64,000 bases of DNA, taken from NCBI GenBank assembly GCA_015055815.1, contig SVHM01000003.1:53271-117270 (forward strand), given 5' to 3'. This DNA is from Clostridiales bacterium (GTDB lineage Bacteria > Bacillota > Clostridia > Christensenellales > UBA1242). Below the pieces are notes generated by a model. It was given only the letters and a program-made list of their open reading frames with translations, made no database searches and had not been told where the DNA came from. The translations under genes were made by a program, and so were the position numbers. This document shows, in pieces, positions 1-9,403 of this stretch; within the stretch, counting starts at the first letter, position 1; the number at the start of each line of letters is the position of its first letter.

Positions 1-1
1 T

Positions 2-436
2 TTAAACTTTACAGCAGTAGATAGTGTAGGTAAGAAGACCAAATTTGTAGAATATGCTAAAAATCAATTAAATTTAGATAATTTTAATGTGATTAATAGC
101 AGAATAGAAGATTTAGCTTTTAAATCAGAATATAGAGAAAAGTATGATATAGTTGTATCAAGAGCGGTAGCAAGTCTACCAACTATCATAGAATATTCCG
201 CACCATTTCTAAAAAATAATGGAACTATTATATGTTACAAGGGAATTAATTACCTAGACGAAATAAAACTGTCTGACAATGCACTTAAACAACTTAATTG
301 TAAAATAGTTGATATTAAAGAATATTACATTGAAGAAATAAACCAAAAGAGATATTTTATAATAATTAAGAAATTTGAAACAATTTCAAACAAATATCCA
401 CGTAAACAAAACAAACCACGATTACAACCATTATAA
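2..436 (+). CDS. rsmG: 16S rRNA m7G527 methyltransferase RsmG/GidB, 5'-truncated by the window edge
   Basis: Frame is open from position 2 (LNFTAVDSVGKKTKFVE...). Contains VVSRAVA, YKG and C-terminal KYPR motifs and lies directly upstream of parA. Confidence 0.93.
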   Translation, partial: LNFTAVDSVGKKTKFVEYAKNQLNLDNFNVINSRIEDLAFKSEYREKYDIVVSRAVASLPTIIEYSAPFLKNNGTIICYKGINYLDEIKLSDNALKQLNCKIVDIKEYYIEEINQKRYFIIIKKFETISNKYPRKQNKPRLQPL

Positions 437-495
437 GTTATATTTTAATAACTATATAATATTTTTAATAAAAATAATAAATAAAAGGGGAAAAT

Positions 496-1257
496 ATGGG
501 TAAAATTATAGCATTTTTAAATCAAAAAGGTGGAGTTGGTAAAACGACTACATGTGTAAACATGGCAGGTTATTTGGCAAGTTTCGGTAAAAAAGTACTA
601 CTAATTGATATGGATCCACAAGGTAATGCATCTAGTCATGTAGGAATTGATAAAGAAGAAAATCACAAAACTATATATGATGTGATAGTTGATGATAATA
701 CAATTGAAGAAATAATACTTCCTACAAAATTAGAAAACTTATCAGTTATTCCATCAAATGTAGACCTAGCTGGTGCAGAAATTGAACTTGTTCAAATGAA
801 TAATAGAGAAAAGGTACTTAGAAATATATTAAAGAAAATCAAAGATAATTATGACTTTATATGTATTGACTGTCCACCATCACTTGGACTTATAACTGTT
901 AATAGTTTAACAGCATGTGATAGTGTTCTTATACCAATTCAATGTCACTATTTTGCATTAGAAGGTCTTACTCAACTTATGTACACCATTAAACTAGTTA
1001 AAAAACACCTAAACGAAAATATTGATGTAGAAGGTGTAGTCCTTACTATGAAAGATAACAGAAGCAATCTTGACCAATCAGTTTCTGAAGATATTAATAA
1101 TTACTTTAAAGAAAAAGTGTATAAAACAATAATACCTAGAAATGTTCGACTTGCAGAAGCTCCAAGTTTTGGTGAGCCAATTGTTATGTATGATGCAAAA
1201 TGTACAGGCGCAATAGCATACAAAGCATTAACTGAAGAATTTTTAAAAAGACAATAA
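496..1257 (+). CDS. parA: ParA/Soj chromosome partitioning ATPase
   Basis: Deviant Walker A KGGVGKTT, IDMDPQGNAS, IDCPPSLG and IPRNVRLAEAPSFG motifs; RBS AAGGGG. Confidence 0.97.
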   Translation: MGKIIAFLNQKGGVGKTTTCVNMAGYLASFGKKVLLIDMDPQGNASSHVGIDKEENHKTIYDVIVDDNTIEEIILPTKLENLSVIPSNVDLAGAEIELVQMNNREKVLRNILKKIKDNYDFICIDCPPSLGLITVNSLTACDSVLIPIQCHYFALEGLTQLMYTIKLVKKHLNENIDVEGVVLTMKDNRSNLDQSVSEDINNYFKEKVYKTIIPRNVRLAEAPSFGEPIVMYDAKCTGAIAYKALTEEFLKRQ

Positions 1258-1506
1258 GTAATTAATTTATTTAAAATTGCACAATAAATTATTACAATAA
1301 AAGATATACAAAAAATAATTTAAAATATATCACTTAAAATCAAATTAATAAAATAAAAATGAAAAATTGCAAAAAATCGCATAAAAACAGTAATTTTTAA
1401 TAAAAAAATAATAAAATATTAACAAAAATAAAGATAGGTTATATTTTAATAACTTAAAAACAATTAATAATATAGTTATAAATATATAACATAAAAGGAG
1501 AATAAA

Positions 1507-2430
1507 ATGGCTACAAATAAAGGTTTAGGAAGGGGGCTTGGCTCATTACTTGGAATACTTGATGATGATAATGATATAAAGCCTATAAAGAAAGAAAGTG
1601 TTAAAAAAGAAAGTGCACAAGTAAAAAAGGAAGTAATAGTTCCAGAAGGTGAAACAGTTGTTGAAGTTGAGATATCACAAATTGATAATAACCCAAAGCA
1701 ACCACGAAAGATGTTTGACCCTACACTTCTTAATGAACTTGCTCAAAGTATCAAAATTTATGGCGTAATTCAGCCAATTTTGTTAACTAAAAAGGGTGAT
1801 AGATATCTAATAGTTGCGGGTGAAAGAAGATTTAGAGCAAGTATTATTGCAGGTAAAAAGACAATTCCTGCTATTATTAAAGATTTTGATGATAGAGAAA
1901 TAAAAGAAATTGCCCTACTTGAAAATATTCAAAGGCAAGATTTAAATCCTATTGAAACTGCACGTGCTATGAAAGAACTTATGGATGCATATGGATGGAC
2001 ACAAGAAACTTTGTCAGACAGACTTGGTAAAAGTAGGCCTAGTATAGCCAATAATTTAAGACTTTTGTCCCTTTGTCCCGCTGTTATTGATTTAGTTGAA
2101 AAAGGTAAACTTTCTGCAGGACATGCTAGAAGTTTAGTAGTTGTTACAAACCCAGAAGTACAACTAAAACTTGCAGAAAAAGTAATGAACCAAAAGTTAA
2201 CTGTAAGAGATATGGAAAGTGCTGTTAAAGATATAGACAATTCAGCTAAAAAGACAGTTAAAACAAAACCTACTCTTTCTATGGAAATGCAAGAATTTAA
2301 AAATAACTTAGAAAGAACATTCTCTACTAAAATCGACATTAAAGGTAATGATAAAAAAGGTAAAATTATAATTAATTACTATAATCAAGATGATTTAGAT
2401 AGAATTTATGAACTTATCGAAAGAATGTAA
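1507..2430 (+). CDS. parB: ParB/Spo0J partitioning protein
   Basis: N-terminal KGLGRGLGSLL, NPKQPRK, IVAGERRFRA and ENIQRQDLNPIE motifs; HTH region GKSRPSIANNLRLL. Confidence 0.97.
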   Translation: MATNKGLGRGLGSLLGILDDDNDIKPIKKESVKKESAQVKKEVIVPEGETVVEVEISQIDNNPKQPRKMFDPTLLNELAQSIKIYGVIQPILLTKKGDRYLIVAGERRFRASIIAGKKTIPAIIKDFDDREIKEIALLENIQRQDLNPIETARAMKELMDAYGWTQETLSDRLGKSRPSIANNLRLLSLCPAVIDLVEKGKLSAGHARSLVVVTNPEVQLKLAEKVMNQKLTVRDMESAVKDIDNSAKKTVKTKPTLSMEMQEFKNNLERTFSTKIDIKGNDKKGKIIINYYNQDDLDRIYELIERM

Positions 2431-2532
2431 TAATTAAGTTATGTTTTTATAACTAACCTACAAATACAAAATTATCTTTATTAAAAAAAAAATTAATAAA
2501 ATATATCTATATTTAGCGATTTTTTAAGCATT

Positions 2533-3627
2533 ATGAAAATAACCAAATTAAATCTTAGAAATTATAGAAATTACGAAAATGAAAGTATTTCATTTTCAGA
2601 TAATCTCAATGTAATAATTGGAAAAAATGCACAAGGAAAGACAAATCTTCTTGAGGCAATTTTTCTTTCTGCTATTGGAAAAAGTCCTAGAACAACAAAA
2701 GACAAAGATTTAATTAATTGGAAGAAAGAATTTGCTAAAATTTCAATTTCAACAACTAAAAAAATAGGCAGTCATGATATAGACATATATTTATTCCATA
2801 ACCAAAACAAAGCTATTAAAATAGACAAAATACCAATAAAAAAAATTAGCCAATTACTTGGTACACTTAATGCTATATATTTTTCACCTGATGAACTTAA
2901 ACTTATTAAAGAAAGCCCAGAAGAAAGGCGAAAATTCATGGATATTGACTTATGTCAATTTGATAAAAACTATTATTACAATTTAAGTAATTATAATAAA
3001 ACATTAAATCAAAGAAATAAACTTCTTAAAAGTGAAAATCCGTCTGTTATTAGAGAAACATTGCCTATTTGGGATATTGAACTTGCTAAATCGGGGTCAA
3101 AAATTATTATGTCAAGGCTTCAATTAATTGAAAAATTGAAAATTTTTGCTAAAGACATACATTTTAACCTAACCAATAACCAAGAAGAATTAAAACTGTC
3201 TTATCAAGGTATAACTGGAAAAAATACCAAAGAAATTGAGAAAATTTTAATTTCAAAGTTATCAGAAAACATTGAAAAAGATATAAAATTAGGCTTTACA
3301 ACTGTTGGACCACATAGAGACGATATAAAAATATCTTCTAACGATATTGATTTAAGGTCTTTTGGAAGCCAAGGGCAACAAAGAACAGCTTCACTTTCAT
3401 TAAAATTAGCCGAACTTTCTGTATTCAAAGAAAATTTAGGCGAATACCCTATTTTGTTACTTGACGACGTTCTTAGCGAACTTGATGAAAATAGGCAAAA
3501 TAAATTATTATCTTTTGTTTCAAATATTCAAACAATTATTACTTGTACAGATTTTAACTTTTCTATACCCCATACAAAATACTACATTAATAACGGTAAA
3601 CTTGAAAAAGTTGAAAAATTTTCTTAA
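2533..3627 (+). CDS. recF: DNA replication/repair protein RecF
   Basis: NYRNY, Walker A GKNAQGKTN, GPHRDD, signature GSQGQQRT and Walker B LLLDDVLSELD. Confidence 0.97.
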   Translation: MKITKLNLRNYRNYENESISFSDNLNVIIGKNAQGKTNLLEAIFLSAIGKSPRTTKDKDLINWKKEFAKISISTTKKIGSHDIDIYLFHNQNKAIKIDKIPIKKISQLLGTLNAIYFSPDELKLIKESPEERRKFMDIDLCQFDKNYYYNLSNYNKTLNQRNKLLKSENPSVIRETLPIWDIELAKSGSKIIMSRLQLIEKLKIFAKDIHFNLTNNQEELKLSYQGITGKNTKEIEKILISKLSENIEKDIKLGFTTVGPHRDDIKISSNDIDLRSFGSQGQQRTASLSLKLAELSVFKENLGEYPILLLDDVLSELDENRQNKLLSFVSNIQTIITCTDFNFSIPHTKYYINNGKLEKVEKFS

Positions 3628-3908
3628 AAAAATTTTATTTTCAAATTTTCAGAAACAATTTAACATTTTTAATAATTAACCTTTTATAAAAAACGACTAT
3701 ATATAAACCTTTTTTAATAATCACTTTAAAATTAAAAAGTATTATAACAATATAACAAAAAACAAATTTTATTAAAATATATTATTATTATTTTATATCA
3801 AAAATTTCAAAAATTACTACTTTTTTGTTATAGAAAAATAACTAAAAAGTGGTAAATTTTGTATAATTTTGTGTAAATGTGAAAAAGACTGTCAAATATT
3901 ACACACAC

Positions 3909-4060
3909 TTATCAACATATACTTTATTCACATTTTAAAAACACATATACACAAAATGGTGCTTTTTTGTATGTGGAAATGTTGATAACTAGGTTGTCCA
4001 CATTTTCACACCCCTAATAATAACAATAATAACTAAAAAAGAAATAAATATATATTGATA
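3909..4060. other. Putative replication origin (oriC) unwinding region: DnaA-box cluster, short C-run, DnaA-trio-like repeats and AT-rich tract
   Basis: Near-consensus boxes TTATCAACA 3909-3917, TTATTCACA 3924-3932, ATATACACA 3945-3953, TGTGGAAAT 3972-3980, TGTTGATAA 3980-3988, TTGTCCACA 3994-4002 and ATTTTCACA 4002-4010. These are followed by CCC, then CTA-ATA-ATA-ACA-ATA-ATA (4014-4031) and an AT-rich stretch. The site is surrounded by parAB, recF and dnaN. Confidence 0.8.
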
Positions 4061-4085
4061 GGTGCTTCCGCACCATTTTTTTTTT
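4061..4085 (+). terminator. Intrinsic terminator-like hairpin immediately after the oriC AT tract
   Basis: GGTGC-TTCC-GCACC followed by a long T run. Confidence 0.5.
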
Positions 4086-4322
4086 ATTTTCACTTAAAGA
4101 ATATTTTCCCACCTACTTGAAATGTGCCATTACTTATGATAAACTTATTAAACAATTACTTTCTATTTAAGATATTTATTATATAATATAATCATTATAC
4201 CTACTTAATTATTAGAATTCCCTTAGTACACAATATTATTTAGAATGTGAATTAAATAGAGTAACTTTGTTAGTAGTTTTATAAACAATACTTAAATAAA
4301 AAAAATTTTTAGGTGGAGAAAA

Positions 4323-6236
4323 ATGATAGTAAACGGAAATTATGAGTTTTTTAATTTTCATAAACATAAAGACAAATTTATTGAAGCGTTTGTTCAGTTT
4401 TATGGTGAAGAGTATAGAGAAATAATAACTTATAGAATTAATGAAATTAACTATCACCCATTTCATTCTGAAGAATATGTATCTTATAAATATCAAGAAT
4501 ATTTGAAAACTTTTAAAGATGAAATAAATAAAAGACTTTTAGAAAAATATGGACTTCCTAAAAATGGCGTTAGGGAAAATATAATTCTTAGTGACAAATA
4601 TAAAGATATGTGGATATGTCTACTTGGTGGGCAGTTTTTTGAAAGTGTTGATATCAATGAAGAAGAGAAGCAAAAAATTAGAGATGTAAGAAAACTAATA
4701 ACTGATGAGTTTAATTTATCCACCGAAAGTGAAACTTCTAATTTTTTGGATATTTTGAAGTTCAGAAAAAACTATGTCGATATTGTAAGGGATATTGAAA
4801 AAGAATATAGTTGTGAAGTTTTTAGAGATATTGATTATTATGATAAATATTATCCATTTGTAATTAAATTTGTAGAAAGAAAAAGTAAAGAAGCGGGTTA
4901 TCTTGGTGAAATTATAAACAGTGATACTATAAACCCTATTGAAAAGATGAGTGAGAAAATTTTATTTGGTGGTGATATTACTGTTCCTGGACTTATTTCT
5001 GCTTTTACTACTCATAGTAATGAAATTGTTGATTACAGAGAAGATAAAAATGCAGATAGACTTTTTATAATTTGTCAAAGGCTTGAGTATTTAAGTTTAA
5101 TTGGGGTAGAGCTTAAGTATATTGATAAAGATTATATTTATGATATTTCAACAGAAGAAGATGTTGATAGAATTTTAAAGGAATATGAATATCAAGTATA
5201 TAACTACAATATCCCAGAAAAATTCGATTATAGTAAGAACTTTAAAAATTACAAGAAAAATTATAAGTATGGTGAATTTATCCCAACTAAACTTGCTGAT
5301 GAAATTGAAAATATTAGAATAAACGAACTTGCTGAATTTTATTGCAAACCTAGATTTTCGGGAAGTTTAAGAAAGGATGAATGGTTTAAAAAAATTAAAG
5401 ATGACGAAAAAAATGGTATTACTCTTGAGTTTTTTTCAAATACATTCTTTAGAAATAATAAAATTTACGATTTAAGAAGAAACATTTTTATAAACGAAGA
5501 CCCTAATTATAGCATGGAAGATTTTATAAGAAATTTAATTCATGAGATAAATCATTGTGTGTCTTTCCAATTTAAAGAGAATATAGAAGAAGTTAGAATT
5601 AGAGAAGGTCTTGACGAGTGTTATTTTAAAATAAATAATAACCTAAATGTAGGAAGATATTGTGAATATACAAATGATGCTTTGTGTTTAGCTGAAGAAA
5701 CTGTAAACGAACTTCAAGCGAGTGAAATTTATGATATATTTATTTCATTATTCCCCGACTTTATTATTCCTAATTATGAAGACAACGATAATAAATCTTA
5801 TTGCAATTATACTAATTATAATTTTATTTTGGAAGATTTTTATAATTTATATAAAGATGATATTTTAAGAGCAAAAGTTGATATTGATTATAACCTATAT
5901 CGTTCACACGACTTAACTTGTGGAATGGTTAGTAGTTATATAAATTATTTCAAACATAAAATAAAAAATAAAATAAAACCTGATGGTGTAATTGATTTTT
6001 TCAAGTTTTGTGAACTTGCCAATCTTACAATTGAATTTAAACAAGAAGTTTGTCCATACCTTGATGAATTATTCACTCCCGACTTACTATCTGACGAAAA
6101 GTTTTTAAATTCAATACCTGCAGATGTTCTTGATAAGATATTTGATATCATAAGAAGAAAAAGTAAGATTATGGAACAATTGATAAGAGAATGCCCACCA
6201 AAAATAAGTTATCAATTTGAAGATGAAATGAATTAA
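4323..6236 (+). CDS. Hypothetical 637-aa protein with a zincin-type HExxH motif (putative metallopeptidase)
   Basis: RBS AGGTGGAG. LIHEINHCV at 5535-5561 and downstream LAEETVNELQA as a candidate third ligand. No signal peptide or AAA+ motifs. Confidence 0.6.
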   Translation: MIVNGNYEFFNFHKHKDKFIEAFVQFYGEEYREIITYRINEINYHPFHSEEYVSYKYQEYLKTFKDEINKRLLEKYGLPKNGVRENIILSDKYKDMWICLLGGQFFESVDINEEEKQKIRDVRKLITDEFNLSTESETSNFLDILKFRKNYVDIVRDIEKEYSCEVFRDIDYYDKYYPFVIKFVERKSKEAGYLGEIINSDTINPIEKMSEKILFGGDITVPGLISAFTTHSNEIVDYREDKNADRLFIICQRLEYLSLIGVELKYIDKDYIYDISTEEDVDRILKEYEYQVYNYNIPEKFDYSKNFKNYKKNYKYGEFIPTKLADEIENIRINELAEFYCKPRFSGSLRKDEWFKKIKDDEKNGITLEFFSNTFFRNNKIYDLRRNIFINEDPNYSMEDFIRNLIHEINHCVSFQFKENIEEVRIREGLDECYFKINNNLNVGRYCEYTNDALCLAEETVNELQASEIYDIFISLFPDFIIPNYEDNDNKSYCNYTNYNFILEDFYNLYKDDILRAKVDIDYNLYRSHDLTCGMVSSYINYFKHKIKNKIKPDGVIDFFKFCELANLTIEFKQEVCPYLDELFTPDLLSDEKFLNSIPADVLDKIFDIIRRKSKIMEQLIRECPPKISYQFEDEMN

Positions 6237-6451
6237 TTTTATAGAATACTTTAAAGTAAGTAATATAAAAACATAAATATTTAAATATTTTTTTAAAAAA
6301 TCAATTTTTAATGTTGTTAAAAGTAAATATATATGTTAAAATAATTATGGTATATAGTAATTAAATTAATATTATATAGGTTTTTTGAAAAAATATTTTT
6401 TTTAAGATTTTTAAACTTATATAATTTTAAAATACATTTTTTGGAGAAATT

Positions 6452-7555
6452 ATGAAGATTATTTGTGATGGTGCTGATTTATCTGATGCAGTTTTAAAAG
6501 TTAGCAAAGGTACTAGTAATAAAACTACCAATCCAATTTTAGAAGGAATTAAAGTTGTTGCTGAAGAAGATTATGTAACACTTTCTGCTACCGACTTAGA
6601 ACTTTCAATTGAAAAGACAATTAAGGGTATGGTTCAAATTGAAGGTGAAATGGTTGTTCCTGGAAAGTTCTTTTGTGAATATATTAAAAAATTAAATAAT
6701 GAACAAATTGAACTTCACTGTGATGAAAAGAATATGCTTTCTATTAAGTACACCGATAGTGTTGGTAAAATTCAATGTCTTAACGCACAAGAATTTCCAG
6801 AGATAAAGAAATTTGAAGACAGTCCATATTTTGAGATGAAGAGCAAAGATTTGAAGTCTTTGATTGCAAAGTCTATTTATGCAGTAGCTGTTGAAGATGT
6901 TAGACCAATTTTAAAAGGTGTTAAACTTGAAATTACAAACGAGAAAGTTACAGCAGTAGCACTTGATGGTTATAGACTTGCTGTTGTAAAAAAGCCAGTA
7001 CATAAAACTACCGCTGAGTTTAGTTGTATAGTTCCTGCTAGGTCTTTAAACGAAATATCTAAACTTTTAGATGATAGTGATAATATTATTACAGTATTTG
7101 TTGGAAGAAACTTCCTTATGGTTGATATTGATAATACAAAAATTACAACAAGACTTTTAGAGGGTGATTTTATAAACTATACTCAAATCATACCAAGTGA
7201 CTTCACAACAAACGTTGTACTTAATAAAGACCAATTACTTGATGCACTAGAAAGAGCAAGTTTGCTATCTAGGGTAGATAGAAACAATCTTGTTAAATTT
7301 GAAATAGCCGACAAAGTTATGGTGCTTTCTAGCAAAAGTGAAATTGGTGATATTAAAGAAAATATTACAATTTCTCTTTCGGGTAATGATTTATCAATAG
7401 CATTTAACGCTAGATATTTTACAGAAGCATTAAGAGTTTTAAATGATGAATTTTTGAAACTTCAATTTACTTCAAGTGTTTCACCTTGTATTATTACAAG
7501 CAACGATACAGATGAGTTTTTATTCTTAATTTTACCAGTTAGAATTATGGCTTAG
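6452..7555 (+). CDS. dnaN: DNA polymerase III beta clamp
   Basis: NPILEGIK, ATDLEL, VALDGYRLA, RLLEGDFINY, IAFNARY and C-terminal LILPVR motifs; 367 aa. Confidence 0.98.
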   Translation: MKIICDGADLSDAVLKVSKGTSNKTTNPILEGIKVVAEEDYVTLSATDLELSIEKTIKGMVQIEGEMVVPGKFFCEYIKKLNNEQIELHCDEKNMLSIKYTDSVGKIQCLNAQEFPEIKKFEDSPYFEMKSKDLKSLIAKSIYAVAVEDVRPILKGVKLEITNEKVTAVALDGYRLAVVKKPVHKTTAEFSCIVPARSLNEISKLLDDSDNIITVFVGRNFLMVDIDNTKITTRLLEGDFINYTQIIPSDFTTNVVLNKDQLLDALERASLLSRVDRNNLVKFEIADKVMVLSSKSEIGDIKENITISLSGNDLSIAFNARYFTEALRVLNDEFLKLQFTSSVSPCIITSNDTDEFLFLILPVRIMA

Positions 7556-7693
7556 ACTTTTAAAATTTAATTTGTATAAGTTTATCCTTATGCAAATTTT
7601 TTTATTTTTGTGTTTAAATTGATTAACAATTTTTTTCAAATATCATACACTATTAAGGTATGAAATTTTTTTAAATGCATTTTTGGAGAATAT

Positions 7694-9403
7694 ATGAAGA
7701 TTTTATTTAAAAAATTAAGATTTATTGATTATATAATACTTATAGCGACATTTGGGTTTATTCTAGCTCAAACATATTTTGAGATGGAATTTATAGGATA
7801 TGTTGAAGTAATTTTGGGACTTATAAAAGTCACAACTAATCCAAAAGATTACTGGTCGGCGGGTCTTGAAATGCTGGGTGTTGCTGGAATAATTTTTGGG
7901 TGTATTATAGTAGTTAATTTGCTTATATCGTATTTTTCAAGTAGAGTTGCTAGAGAACTTAGACGAGATATTTTTATTAAAGTTAATTCTTTTAGTAATA
8001 GTGAAATTAATAAATTCAGTATGCCAAGCCTTATTACTAGAAGTACAAATGATGTATCTCAAGTTCAGAGAACTCTAACTACTTTTAGAATGTTATTTAC
8101 AGCACCTTGCATGGCATTTTTCGCTATTAGAAAAATAACTACAAGTAGTATTGAACTTACTACTGTATCAATAGCATTTTTGGCTGTAACACTTTTAGTT
8201 ATTATTACACTTCTATTTTTAGTTGTACCAAAGTTTGGAGTTTTGCAAAAAAGAACAGATAAACTTAATCTTGTTACACGTGAAAATCTAACTGGTATTA
8301 GAGTTGTTAGAGCGTACAATGGTGAAAATTTTCAAGAGAAAAAGTTTAATGAAGCGAATGAAAATTTAACAAAGACAAATTTATTTTTAAATAGAACAAT
8401 GTCTGTACTTAACCCCTTTATATCTCTTATAATGAGTACAATGACGCTTGCTATTTATTGGATAGGTTCAAGTTTATTTAATAAAGCTATTGTTAACTAT
8501 GAACAAATTGCGACATTTGGTCAGTACAGTATGCATGTTATTATGAGTTTTATGTTTATAACACTTATGTTTGTTATGATACCTAGGGGTATTGTTTCCC
8601 TTAGAAGAATAAACGAAATTTTGAATACCGACTTATCTATTAAAGATGGTACTGTAGAAAACACAGAACCACTTGGAACTATTGAGTTTAGAAATGTATC
8701 TTTTAAGTATCCATTTGCTGAAGAGCCAGTTTTAGATGATATATCATTTACTGTAAACAAAGGCGAAACAGTTGCTTTTATTGGAAGTACTGGAAGTGGA
8801 AAAAGTACCCTTATAAATCTTATTCCTAGATTTTATGATGTTTCGTCTGGTCAAGTACTTGTCGATGGTGTTGATGTTAAAGGGTATAAACTTGATAGTT
8901 TGCATGACAAAATTGGGTTTGTTCCGCAAAAGGCTAATTTGTTTAGTGGTAACATTAGAAGTAACTTTGAACTTTCAAAAAAAGATATTACAGACGAAGA
9001 AATTGAAAATAGTTTAAATATTGCCGAATGTCATTTTATAGAAAAATTAGAAGATGGTTATAGTCAACCAGTCAGTCAAGGTGGAAAAAATTTCTCTGGT
9101 GGTCAAAAGCAAAGATTGTCTATTGCTAGAGCAGTAGCAAAAAAGCCTGAGATACTTATATTTGATGATAGTTTTTCGGCACTTGACTTTAAGACTGACA
9201 AAGCGGTTAGAAACAATCTAAAGAAATTTGCAAAAGACACTACTTGTTTAATTGTTGCTCAAAGAATAAATACAATTAAAAATGCCGACAAGATAATTGT
9301 ACTAGATGATGGTAAAATGGTTGGCATGGGTACACATGACGAGCTTATAAAAAATAATAAAGTATACATTGAGATTGCAGAGTCTCAAAATTATGGAGAG
9401 TGA
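7694..9403 (+). CDS. ABC exporter subunit (TMD+NBD), degenerate-site half of a heterodimer
   Basis: Six-TM domain, Walker A GSTGSGKS, signature FSGGQ, Walker B IFDDSFS (D in place of the catalytic E), VAQR switch. Confidence 0.93.
   Translation: MKILFKKLRFIDYIILIATFGFILAQTYFEMEFIGYVEVILGLIKVTTNPKDYWSAGLEMLGVAGIIFGCIIVVNLLISYFSSRVARELRRDIFIKVNSFSNSEINKFSMPSLITRSTNDVSQVQRTLTTFRMLFTAPCMAFFAIRKITTSSIELTTVSIAFLAVTLLVIITLLFLVVPKFGVLQKRTDKLNLVTRENLTGIRVVRAYNGENFQEKKFNEANENLTKTNLFLNRTMSVLNPFISLIMSTMTLAIYWIGSSLFNKAIVNYEQIATFGQYSMHVIMSFMFITLMFVMIPRGIVSLRRINEILNTDLSIKDGTVENTEPLGTIEFRNVSFKYPFAEEPVLDDISFTVNKGETVAFIGSTGSGKSTLINLIPRFYDVSSGQVLVDGVDVKGYKLDSLHDKIGFVPQKANLFSGNIRSNFELSKKDITDEEIENSLNIAECHFIEKLEDGYSQPVSQGGKNFSGGQKQRLSIARAVAKKPEILIFDDSFSALDFKTDKAVRNNLKKFAKDTTCLIVAQRINTIKNADKIIVLDDGKMVGMGTHDELIKNNKVYIEIAESQNYGE
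8272..8287. promoter_or_regulatory. parS-like site
   Basis: TGTTACACGTGAAAAT matches the TGTTNCACGTGAAACA consensus except for the last two bases. It is about 4.3 kb from the putative oriC, inside a CDS. Confidence 0.3.
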
